DNA from: a virus
DNA: 43,725 nt
Virus record (IMG/VR): IMGVR_UViG_3300035494_000048
Direction: 5' to 3' (one strand)
Below are positions 32,494-39,971 of this stretch, in pieces; positions within the stretch are counted from its first letter, which is position 1, and every line of letters starts with the position of its first letter. Below the pieces are notes generated by a model, which worked only from the letters and a program-made list of their open reading frames with translations, was not told the origin of the DNA and did no database searches. The position numbers and the translations under genes were made by a program.

Positions 32494-32782
32494 GCGCCGC
32501 CTCCCAGTCCTTGATGTCCCTTGCGACCCGCGTGGCGTTGAGCTGCCTTATGTTGCCGCAGAACGAACACGTCAGCGGCAGCGTGATCATGAAAGCCTCT
32601 GTGACGTAAGGGAGGTTCGAGCTGAGAAAAACTACGTTGCCTTTCCATGCGTCAAGCAGCCAGTCGCTATGACCACATGCCTCGCATGGCCGCTCACAGT
32701 CCTTGCGCTGGAGGTATTGGTTGATCTGGTTGACCGTCAATGACTTGATGTAGTTCGGGTCAACCTTAGTAGGCTCACTCAT
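32480..32782 (-). CDS. Zinc-ribbon-like hypothetical protein (100 aa) co-transcribed with cI
   Basis: ATG lies 1 nt after the cI TGA. Cys pairs PCEACG ... CSFCG. Confidence 0.6.
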   Translation of the reverse strand: MSEPTKVDPNYIKSLTVNQINQYLQRKDCERPCEACGHSDWLLDAWKGNVVFLSSNLPYVTEAFMITLPLTCSFCGNIRQLNATRVARDIKDWEAAHGQE

Positions 32783-32783
32783 A

Positions 32784-33461
32784 TCAAACCCTAGCCCTGC
32801 TCGGCGGCACGATGGCGCCGACCGAATGAATGTGCTCTATCTGCTCCGTGGGGATGTTGCGGATCGTGTGGCCGTTCACTGAAAGCAGGCTGACTTCCGC
32901 CTCGTTGGAGTACAGCAGGCGCTTTAACATGCTCTCGCCTTCAGTAGTGCGAACCATGACGTACTCGCCTGGGAAGTAGTCCCGATCCGGCTCGATGACT
33001 GCGACCCAGCCGCTATGGATCGCCGGCTCCATCGAGTCGCCCTTTAGGCGTAGCGCATAGGCGCTGGCGTCGCGCGAGTAGGCATCCACGGTGCCGTCAG
33101 CTTCTTCCAGGGCATACCAGTAGCCATCGGCGCCCATCTGCGCAGTGCCTACGATAGGGATAGCGCGGTACGGGCTGACGATCGGCGGGCCTTGCTCGAC
33201 GTTGCTGGCGTCATCCATGTCCAGCCACGGCTTGTCCAGGCTCAGGCCTTCGGGAACGGGTGCGCCCTCACCTGTAGCGAGCCAGCGAGCAGAGCAGCGG
33301 AGCGCCTTGGCGAGAGCCATCAGGTTCTCTCCGCTCAGTTTGTTCACGCCGGTCTTCCAGAAAGTGATCGTCGTCTTCGAGACGCCGATCCGCTTGGCCA
33401 GCTCGCTCTGAGTCAAGCCGGTTTCCTTCAGGCGCTGGGTCAATCGGTCTTTGAATTCCAT
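32784..33461 (-). CDS. cI: CI-type repressor (XRE HTH plus S24 LexA-like autopeptidase domain)
   Basis: 225 aa. N-terminal HTH LTQSELAKRIGVSKTTITFWKTG. C-terminal GDSMEP ... MLKRL (Ser/Lys dyad). Divergent from cro. Confidence 0.9.
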   Translation of the reverse strand: MEFKDRLTQRLKETGLTQSELAKRIGVSKTTITFWKTGVNKLSGENLMALAKALRCSARWLATGEGAPVPEGLSLDKPWLDMDDASNVEQGPPIVSPYRAIPIVGTAQMGADGYWYALEEADGTVDAYSRDASAYALRLKGDSMEPAIHSGWVAVIEPDRDYFPGEYVMVRTTEGESMLKRLLYSNEAEVSLLSVNGHTIRNIPTEQIEHIHSVGAIVPPSRARV

Positions 33462-33462
33462 G

Positions 33463-33526
33463 TTTAGGATTCTAAAGCCTTATTGAGTTTAGATTCCTTG
33501 CCTTTGCGTGTTAAGATGCCTAAACT
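33463..33526. promoter_or_regulatory. Tripartite operator with divergent PRM-like and PR-like promoters
   Basis: 14-bp sites TTTAGGATTCTAAA (33463-76), TTTAGATTCCTTGC (33488-501) and TTAAGATGCCTAAA (33511-24), spaced 25 and 23 bp start to start. PR is TTGCCT(33498-503)-17-TAAACT(33521-26). - strand TAGAAT (33474-69) lies 7 nt before the cI ATG. Confidence 0.65.
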
Positions 33527-33552
33527 GACCGCACAAATAGCGGAGAGCTGAA

Positions 33553-33756
33553 ATGACATTCGACGAAGCATTGGCGTTCTTTGGCTCGGGTCGAGCCATT
33601 GGAGATGCGCTTGGTGTCAGCAGCGGCCGAGTTTCCCAGTGCCGTGCAGCAGGAGGTTTTTCCTACCCGATGCAGTGCGTTCTTGAGAAAGAGTCTCGCC
33701 GGAAGTTGATCGCCAAGCGTGAAGACGAGCCGGGTAGTTCAGCGGCGGTTGCATAA
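33553..33756 (+). CDS. cro: Cro-like small HTH regulator
   Basis: 67 aa, divergent from cI, with a GGAGAG RBS. AIGDALGVSSGRVSQCRAAG is HTH-like. Confidence 0.7.
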   Translation: MTFDEALAFFGSGRAIGDALGVSSGRVSQCRAAGGFSYPMQCVLEKESRRKLIAKREDEPGSSAAVA

Positions 33757-33871
33757 GAGACATCCCTGTCAGTGGTTTCCATGGTTCCCATCTTAGGGCC
33801 GGATATCAGGGCAGGTAATAAAAGCGGGGAGGGTGTGGATTCATCCAGTACCTGAATCGCAGGCAACAAAA

Positions 33872-33903
33872 AGCCCGGTGGATCAGACCGGGCTCTTCAA
33901 CAG
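33872..33903 (+). promoter_or_regulatory. nutR-like element: 8-bp hairpin followed by boxA-like GCTCTTCAACAG
   Basis: agcccggt-ggatcag-accgggct, then CTCTTCAACAG (10/12 to rrn boxA GCTCTTTAACAA). Same hairpin-then-boxA order as the leftward leader. On the - strand the hairpin is followed by TTTTT. Confidence 0.4.
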
Positions 33904-33924
33904 CAACAACACACAGGACGAATC

Positions 33925-34743
33925 ATGACAAACGTTATTCAGATTGGCAACACCCAACGGGGGTTCACCCGGATGGACAACGAATTGTACGAGGCCCTGA
34001 TCGGTGCGGATCTTTCCGGCCGTGAGCTTCGTGTCGCGCTGGCAGTGCATCGCCAGACCATCGGCTACAACGTGCAGGAGTCGCGCATCGCGGCGTCCTA
34101 CATCGCAGAGATGGCCGGCCTGCACCGCGAGGACGTATCCCGCATCATCTCCGAGCTTCTGCGTCAGCGCGTCCTGTACCGCACCGGAGGAAGCCGTAGC
34201 CCTATCGGTATCGCTCCCGCTTCCGAGTGGAAGATCGACTCGAAGAACACCCGTAAGAACAGCGAACCCAAAGCGCCACAGTGTGGCGTTTCCACCACTT
34301 CCAAAGTGGCGTTCTTACCACACAATAAAGACAGGAAAGACAATACAGCTCCTTCGGAGCTTGTCGCCGCTGTCGCTGCGACCCCTTCGGTCGAGAAGCT
34401 GGAAGCACAAGCGCAAGACACCTCCGTCGCCGATCAACCCGCTTCTGCGAAAGCCGACCGCATCCCGTACTCGAAGATCGTTGATATCTACAACCGAGTC
34501 TGCGGCCAGCACATCCCGCGTTGCCTGACGCTGAACGACAAGCGCAAGCGCAACATCCGCAAGTGCTGGAACCTTGAGATTGAAGGAAAGCACCCGTTCC
34601 GCAAGGCGGACTTCTGGGAGGCCTACTTCGCTCAGTGCCTGCTGAACAATCACTGGATGGGGCAGAACGATACCGGCTGGACTGCCGACATTGAGTTCCT
34701 GACTCGCGTCGACAAAGTGCTGAAAGTTCTGGAGGCCGTGTGA
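33925..34743 (+). CDS. Replication initiator, lambda O-like N-terminal domain
   Basis: 272 aa. GFTRMDNELYEALIGADLSGRELRVALAVHRQTIGYN....RIAASYIAEMAGLHREDVSRIISEL matches the Phage_rep_O N-terminal pattern. Precedes dnaB. Confidence 0.75.
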   Translation: MTNVIQIGNTQRGFTRMDNELYEALIGADLSGRELRVALAVHRQTIGYNVQESRIAASYIAEMAGLHREDVSRIISELLRQRVLYRTGGSRSPIGIAPASEWKIDSKNTRKNSEPKAPQCGVSTTSKVAFLPHNKDRKDNTAPSELVAAVAATPSVEKLEAQAQDTSVADQPASAKADRIPYSKIVDIYNRVCGQHIPRCLTLNDKRKRNIRKCWNLEIEGKHPFRKADFWEAYFAQCLLNNHWMGQNDTGWTADIEFLTRVDKVLKVLEAV

Positions 34744-36125
34744 TGAGCAGCCGCCCCCTGATTTCAGACGAAGCAGAAACCGGCGTACTTGGCGCCCTGA
34801 TGCACGAGCCAGAACTGTGCGAAACCGTAGGCGCTTTCCTGGCTCCGGCCGACTTTGCGCACGAAGATCACCAGGCGCTGTACGCGATGATCCTGGCGGC
34901 GCACTCGAAGAAGCAGCGTCCGGACAGCATCACGCTATCGGAGATCCGCTCCGAGCTGCCAAGCGGCGAGATGACCATCGTTTACGCCTCGGACATCATG
35001 CGCAACGTTCCGAGCGCTGCCAATGGCGTGCACTACGGCCGCATCGTCGTCGAGCGTGCGAAGGCCCGCAAGTTGTACGAAGTCGGCCAGCAGATCATGG
35101 AGATGGCGCAGCAGGCTGGCAGCCTTGCCGAGCAGGTATCGAACGCTCAGCGGCTGGCTATGGACCTTGCCGTGCACGAAGAGTCACCGGATGTGGTGAC
35201 CATTCGCGAAGCGCTGGGCGAAGTCTTCGTAGACATGCAGGATCGTCTCGACGGCGTGCAGCAGATGGGCCTCAAGTTCGGCCTGAGCGATCTGGACAAC
35301 ATCATCAACGGCGTTCGCCCGGGGAACTTGGCGATCATCGCTGGCCGGCCCGGTACCGGCAAGACGGTATTGGGTACCGGCCTGGCCGATCAGGTGGCCA
35401 TCAAGGGCAAGGGCGGCGCACTGATCTTCTCGCTTGAAATGGCGAAGAAGGAGCTGGCGAAGCGCTCCCTGGCATCCATCTCCGGTGTTAGCCAGAACTG
35501 GATCGAGTCTGGCGAAGCTGTCATGGACGGCACATCCAAGCTCCAGATGGAAGCCGCGGTTGCCCGCATGGCAGATGCAGACGTTCGAATCTGCGACAAG
35601 CCGGGCCTGACCTTCTCCCGCATCTGTTCCATCGCCCGCTTTGAGCATCGGGCCAAACCGCTTGACCTAATCGTCGTCGATTACCTGAGCCTTATCGCGA
35701 GCGACCCGGCCGACCGGTACCAGAACCGAAACCAAGAGCTTGGCGCTTATACCCGCGGGTTCAAGCGGCTGGCGAAAGAGCTTGGAATCCCGGTCGTTGT
35801 TCTGGCGCAGCTCAACCGCAGCATTGAAACCCGCGCCGACAAGAAGCCCCAGATGAGCGACCTGCGGGACTCCGGCGAGATCGAGCAAGACGCCGACATA
35901 ATCATCATGGCTCACCGCGACATGGACACCGAGCGCGGCCAGAACGGCATCACCGAGATGAACATCGTGAAGTGCCGTCACGCCAACCCTGGGTTCTGCC
36001 TGCTCCAGTTCCAAGGCGCTCTGGCCCGCTTCGTTCCGTGCGCTCAGCAGCAGGAAGAGGACTACCAGCCGCAGAGCAAGCCAGCGCCGGCCAAGAATCT
36101 TCGCGCGATGATGGGGAGAGGCTAA
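34743..36125 (+). CDS. dnaB: Replicative DNA helicase (DnaB family)
   Basis: 460 aa. Walker A AGRPGTGKT, Walker B LIVVDYL, and SLEM, QLNR, DSGEIEQDAD blocks. ATG 34743 overlaps the upstream TGA (GTG 34740 is also possible). Confidence 0.9.
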   Translation: MSSRPLISDEAETGVLGALMHEPELCETVGAFLAPADFAHEDHQALYAMILAAHSKKQRPDSITLSEIRSELPSGEMTIVYASDIMRNVPSAANGVHYGRIVVERAKARKLYEVGQQIMEMAQQAGSLAEQVSNAQRLAMDLAVHEESPDVVTIREALGEVFVDMQDRLDGVQQMGLKFGLSDLDNIINGVRPGNLAIIAGRPGTGKTVLGTGLADQVAIKGKGGALIFSLEMAKKELAKRSLASISGVSQNWIESGEAVMDGTSKLQMEAAVARMADADVRICDKPGLTFSRICSIARFEHRAKPLDLIVVDYLSLIASDPADRYQNRNQELGAYTRGFKRLAKELGIPVVVLAQLNRSIETRADKKPQMSDLRDSGEIEQDADIIIMAHRDMDTERGQNGITEMNIVKCRHANPGFCLLQFQGALARFVPCAQQQEEDYQPQSKPAPAKNLRAMMGRG

Positions 36126-36766
36126 TGGATCAGACCATTTTCCCCTACGCCGGCTACGAGATGCGCTCGTACTCGGAAACCATCTGGGCGAAGTTCATGG
36201 ACGCACTGCGTGTTCGCTGGATTTACGAGCCGCAGGTCATGGAGACACGCCATGGCTGGTACCTGCCTGACTTTTACCTGCCGGCGTGCGGCATGTATCT
36301 GGAAGTGAAAGGTCAGTGCCCAACCACCAAGGAAATCGAGAAGGCTGGCGACGTTGAGGCGAAGACTGGCTTCCCTGTCGTGTTTGCGCACGGCGGCAGC
36401 CATTGCCGCGGCAATCCCTGGTACCAGGGCACGCTTGCTTACTTCGCCCCGGCCGGCGCCGTGACCATGAGCATGACCGAGGCCTGCAACCTGGTACGCA
36501 AGTACTACGGCGACCGGGAATACGCCCGCGTCCTGCAGTCTCGCAGCATTGAGTACTTCGACGGTACCCGCATGGCCGGTGAGTTGGTCTGGGAAATGCT
36601 GAATCGCTGGATGGACCGCGAAACGCTCGAGGAATCCAAGCGCCTTCTGCATACGCCGCTCAACGCTGCAACCCAAAACACCCACGGCCAGACTAGCCGC
36701 CCCGAGTTCATCGCGGCTGAGTTCGTGCGCCGCATCCAAGCCAAGCGCCAAAAGGTGGCCGCATGA
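36125..36766 (+). CDS. PD-(D/E)XK-type nuclease (possible junction or recombination endonuclease)
   Basis: 213 aa from ATG 36125 (TAATG coupling). SETIWAKFMDALRVRWIYEP....WYLPDFYLP...YLEVKG gives D...E-V-K spacing. Confidence 0.5.
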   Translation: MDQTIFPYAGYEMRSYSETIWAKFMDALRVRWIYEPQVMETRHGWYLPDFYLPACGMYLEVKGQCPTTKEIEKAGDVEAKTGFPVVFAHGGSHCRGNPWYQGTLAYFAPAGAVTMSMTEACNLVRKYYGDREYARVLQSRSIEYFDGTRMAGELVWEMLNRWMDRETLEESKRLLHTPLNAATQNTHGQTSRPEFIAAEFVRRIQAKRQKVAA

Positions 36767-36921
36767 CCGCTCTCCAGCAGCACGCCATCCAGCTCCTGCA
36801 GCGCCAGGGCTACCAGATACGACACACAACCGCGACCGGCATAGGCCTATCCCGCGGCAATGACCATCGCGTCGTCTGTGCTGACGGAAGCACCCAGCGC
36901 GGCGTAGGAGCGAGAAAATGA
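36763..36921 (+). CDS. Hypothetical 52-aa protein
   Basis: ATGA overlaps at both ends. Below the track cutoff. Confidence 0.45.
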   Translation: MTALQQHAIQLLQRQGYQIRHTTATGIGLSRGNDHRVVCADGSTQRGVGARK

Positions 36922-37751
36922 CGGACTACATGGAAATCACCGAAGCCTTCAACCAGGCCCGCACAGCCCCCGATGTAACAGATCGCGCTACTGGCCTAGA
37001 GGAGGCAGACCGTATAGGTGGCGTGGCGCTGGTACAGGCCAGGCTGCAGGGGCAGGGCGCTGAGGTTGTGCCTGGGGCTAGGTTTGGCTGGTTAACGGTT
37101 ATTGAGCCTGCAGTGCCACACCTGCGCAGCCATTGGATATGTGAGTGTGCGTGCGGGACCAGAAAGTCTTTTCCTAAGAGCGACCTGCTTCGCGCTAAGC
37201 ACGCGACGAAGAGTTGCGGTTGTATGCGCGGTAAAAGTCACGGGATGTATAAAACTGCGACCTACCGCACGTGGGGGAGCATGCTGCAGCGGGCCACAAA
37301 CCATAGCAACGACAGGGCTGCGGACTACGTCGACAGAGGAATTACCGTCTGCGAAGAGTGGAAGGTATTCGAGAACTTTCTGCGCGACATGGGTGAGCGG
37401 CCATCCGGGAAGACGCTTGACCGAATCGACAATTCGAAAGGCTACTCACCAGAAAACTGCCGCTGGGCTACGGCCCGGGAGCAGCAGAACAACACCAGAC
37501 GCAACCGATTTCTCACCATAAATGGTGAAACCAAAACGGTAGCGGCTTGGGCTGATGAGTGTGGAATCAAGCCAGGAACGATCTACAGCCGTATTGCTCG
37601 CGGCTGGACAGGGCAGGATCTGCTACTGGCAGGCACGCGCGCGGGGTTCCGTAGGGTGAAATCGTCGCACCCCGACGCTCGCCGCAAGGCCTATCCGTCG
37701 GCGGTGTGCTGCGTTGAGTGCCAGAGCCTGCGCGAAGGGAGGGCCCAATGA
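36918..37751 (+). CDS. HNH-related / DNA-binding phage protein
   Basis: 277 aa. YRTWGSMLQRATN...YVDRGITVCEEW..FENFLRDMGERPSGKTLDRIDNSKGYSPENCRWATAREQQNN.R....ING pattern is common in phage HNH-like proteins. Confidence 0.6.
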   Translation: MTDYMEITEAFNQARTAPDVTDRATGLEEADRIGGVALVQARLQGQGAEVVPGARFGWLTVIEPAVPHLRSHWICECACGTRKSFPKSDLLRAKHATKSCGCMRGKSHGMYKTATYRTWGSMLQRATNHSNDRAADYVDRGITVCEEWKVFENFLRDMGERPSGKTLDRIDNSKGYSPENCRWATAREQQNNTRRNRFLTINGETKTVAAWADECGIKPGTIYSRIARGWTGQDLLLAGTRAGFRRVKSSHPDARRKAYPSAVCCVECQSLREGRAQ

Positions 37752-38596
37752 ATGAGCTTCATCTATTCGCGGGCGCTGGTGGAGGAATTCTCGCAGGCCA
37801 ATTGCTCGGGCACCGATGTGTCTGCGCTGTTGAGTTCGAGCCCTACGCACAAGCCGTGCTTGTGGCACGACAAAACGACGGGACTTTCCCCACTTTCCCG
37901 ATTTGGGATGACGTGCGCACCTTTGACGGAAAGCCATGGCGCGGCCTTGTTGACGTGGTTTGTGGCGGATTCCCGTGTCAGGACATATCAGCTGCCGGGA
38001 ATGGTGCCGGCATCGATGGCGAGCGCTCAGGCCTCTGGCGAGAAATGGCCAGAATCGTCAGTGAGGTACGACCCAAGTACGTCTTCGTGGAGAACTCACC
38101 ACTGCTTGTGGGAAGAGGACTTGCCATGGTCCTCGGTGACCTTGCCGAGCTGGGGTATGACGCGCAGTGGTTTCGTCTATCAGCATCCGATTGCGGAGCG
38201 CCCCATCAGCGAGACCGCCTCTGGCTTGTGGCAAACGCCGGTGGCAGACGACTCGGTAAGCCGACCCAAGGGGAAATGGAACAGTCGTGGCGAGCCAAAG
38301 CTATCAGCGCAGGTTCTGCTTCGGAAGAGTTGGCCGACTCCTGTCGCATCGATGAGCAAGGGAAGCAGTCCCGCCAGCCTGACGCGCAAGTCCGGAGCGG
38401 ATCGCAGCAACGATCGACTGGACCATGCAGTCATGGCTTCGGACGGTGGCCAGCTGAACCCGGATTGGGTCGAGTGGTTGATGGGATGGCCAATCGGTCA
38501 CACCGACTTAAAGCCATTGGCAACGGGCAGGTATCGCGAGTGGCTGCAGCAGCATTCTCCATGCTTGCCGAGCAGGGAGGCCGCGTAAATGGCTAA
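37748..38596 (+). CDS. dcm: DNA (cytosine-5)-methyltransferase
   Basis: Motifs in order: I LFAGAGGG, IV GGFPCQDIS, VI YVFVENSP, VIII APHQRDRLWLV, X RLKAIGNGQV. ATG 37748 overlaps the upstream TGA (ATGA). Confidence 0.85.
   Translation: MNELHLFAGAGGGILAGQLLGHRCVCAVEFEPYAQAVLVARQNDGTFPTFPIWDDVRTFDGKPWRGLVDVVCGGFPCQDISAAGNGAGIDGERSGLWREMARIVSEVRPKYVFVENSPLLVGRGLAMVLGDLAELGYDAQWFRLSASDCGAPHQRDRLWLVANAGGRRLGKPTQGEMEQSWRAKAISAGSASEELADSCRIDEQGKQSRQPDAQVRSGSQQRSTGPCSHGFGRWPAEPGLGRVVDGMANRSHRLKAIGNGQVSRVAAAAFSMLAEQGGRVNG
37752..38588 (+). CDS. Full-length +1-frame ORF overlapping dcm (278 codons); candidate overprinted gene or frame shadow
   Basis: Open for all 278 codons. ATG abuts the upstream TGA and the TAA abuts the ninB ATG. 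Contains DPSTSSWRT, WGMTRSG, LWQTPVADD, WPTPVAS and LNPDWVEWLMGWPIGHTDL strings that I recall from annotated phage proteins. Confidence 0.35.
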   Translation: MSFIYSRALVEEFSQANCSGTDVSALLSSSPTHKPCLWHDKTTGLSPLSRFGMTCAPLTESHGAALLTWFVADSRVRTYQLPGMVPASMASAQASGEKWPESSVRYDPSTSSWRTHHCLWEEDLPWSSVTLPSWGMTRSGFVYQHPIAERPISETASGLWQTPVADDSVSRPKGKWNSRGEPKLSAQVLLRKSWPTPVASMSKGSSPASLTRKSGADRSNDRLDHAVMASDGGQLNPDWVEWLMGWPIGHTDLKPLATGRYREWLQQHSPCLPSREAA

Positions 38597-38993
38597 CCCA
38601 ACCTTCCCCCTACGCAATGAGATGGACCGCCAGCGCGCCATCGCCTGCCTGCAGAAGATCGACCTGGGCGCCGGCTACGTCTGGACCATGCGCGAGGAGG
38701 TCCGCAGCGACGCTCAGAACCGCCGCATGTGGGCCATGTTGCGTGACATCAGCCGCCAGGTTGAGTGGTACGGCCAGAAGCTCGAGGACACCGACTGGAA
38801 GCACGTATTCAGCGCGGCCGTCGAGCAGCAGCGCGCCGTGCCCGGCCTGAATGGTGGCTTCGTGGTCCTTGGCATCTCCACCCGCAAGCAGAGCAAGAAG
38901 TGGTTCTCGGACATGTTCGAGGTGATGGAAGCGTTCGCGGCTGAGCATGGCGTGCGCTTCACCACGGCTGACCATTGGGGGATTGCCGCATGA
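38589..38993 (+). CDS. ninB: NinB/Orf-family recombination protein
   Basis: 134 aa. RSDAQNRRMWAMLRDISRQVEWYGQKL...DWKHVF matches the NinB pattern. Confidence 0.75.
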   Translation: MANPTFPLRNEMDRQRAIACLQKIDLGAGYVWTMREEVRSDAQNRRMWAMLRDISRQVEWYGQKLEDTDWKHVFSAAVEQQRAVPGLNGGFVVLGISTRKQSKKWFSDMFEVMEAFAAEHGVRFTTADHWGIAA

Positions 38994-39490
38994 GCATGTC
39001 CGGACACCAATCACCCGTCATGGGCACCGATGAATGGCTGACACCGCCGGAGATCCTGGCTGTGCTGGGCTCGTTCGACCTTGATCCGTGCTCGCCGCAC
39101 GAGTCTCGCCGACCATGGCCGACCGCGGCCAAGCACTACTGCAAGGAAGACGATGGCCTGTCGCAAGAGTGGCACGGCCGCGTCTGGATGAACCCGCCGT
39201 TTGGCCGCGAGGCAACGAAGTGGATGCGCAAGCTGGCAGCCCACGGCAATGGCATTGCGCTGATACCGGCGCGCACCGAGACGGCCATGTTCTTCGAGTC
39301 GGTATGGGGCGCTGCTGATGCCGTCCTGTTCCTGCAAGGCCGCCCGCACTTCCACCGCGTAGACGGCAGCCGTGCGGCGTTCAACTCCGGCGCACCGATC
39401 TGCCTCGTTGCCTACGGCCTGGCAAACGTCGCCGCCCTGGAGCGCTCTGGTCTCGGTCAACTGGTCCCGGTACTGCGGAGGGCCGCCTGA
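38990..39490 (+). CDS. dam: DNA N6-adenine methyltransferase (phage Dam type)
   Basis: 166 aa from ATG 38990 (ATGA coupling). DEWLTPPEIL...FDLDPC...VWMNPPFG (NPPF catalytic motif). Confidence 0.8.
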   Translation: MSMSGHQSPVMGTDEWLTPPEILAVLGSFDLDPCSPHESRRPWPTAAKHYCKEDDGLSQEWHGRVWMNPPFGREATKWMRKLAAHGNGIALIPARTETAMFFESVWGAADAVLFLQGRPHFHRVDGSRAAFNSGAPICLVAYGLANVAALERSGLGQLVPVLRRAA

Positions 39491-39798
39491 TGCTACGTCA
39501 GCGCTCCCAGCCATTCCGCTCGAGCAAGTGGCTCTCAGCGGTACACAAGATCGAAAACTGCGTGCTCTGCGGCGCCTATGGCGTCCAGGCCGCACACATC
39601 AACGAAGGAAAGGGGATGAGCCAGAAGACAGACGACTGCCTCACAGCAGCCATCTGCCAGAGCTGCCACCACGAGCTGGACAACGGCAAGAAGTACAGCC
39701 GCGACGAGCGCCGGGAGATCCTGCGCAAGGCGGTGCTGGACACCATCGCACAACTCGCCCGCATGGGGCTGATCGACGCAAAGGGGAAGGCAGCGTGA
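39490..39798 (+). CDS. DUF1364-like Cys/His-rich nin-region protein
   Basis: 102 aa. CVLCG....AAH...GKGMSQKTDD.L.AAICQSCHHELD. Confidence 0.6.
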   Translation: MLRQRSQPFRSSKWLSAVHKIENCVLCGAYGVQAAHINEGKGMSQKTDDCLTAAICQSCHHELDNGKKYSRDERREILRKAVLDTIAQLARMGLIDAKGKAA

Positions 39799-39971
39799 CC
39801 GACTCACCACTCGGCCGCGCCTGCCCTGACTGCGGCGAGCCCATGAGCAATATGCCAAGCCTGAACGCCCGCCAATGCGCCACCGGATGCAAAGAGACAT
39901 TCGCGTGGAACCTTGCGCCCGGCCAGATACCCCTGATCGCAAACAACAGAGCCACAAGGAAGCCGCAATGA
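39795..39971 (+). CDS. 58-aa zinc-ribbon-like protein (GTG start)
   Basis: GTGA overlap with the upstream stop and ATGA overlap with the downstream start. CPDCG ... C..GC. Confidence 0.4.
   Translation: MTDSPLGRACPDCGEPMSNMPSLNARQCATGCKETFAWNLAPGQIPLIANNRATRKPQ

Noticed and set aside
33663-33869. 68-aa - strand ORF and a 24-codon + strand ORF as possible cII-like genes between cro and the replication gene
   Set aside because: The - strand ORF mostly overlaps cro in antisense and has no RBS. The + strand ORF is too short and lacks an HTH. No cII/cIII analogue could be supported.
33872-33894. Simple + strand intrinsic terminator (tR1-like) after cro
   Set aside because: The stem is followed by CTTCAAC, not a U-tract, and the T-run lies on the other strand. 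It is reported instead as a nut-like hairpin and possible reverse-strand terminator, at low confidence.
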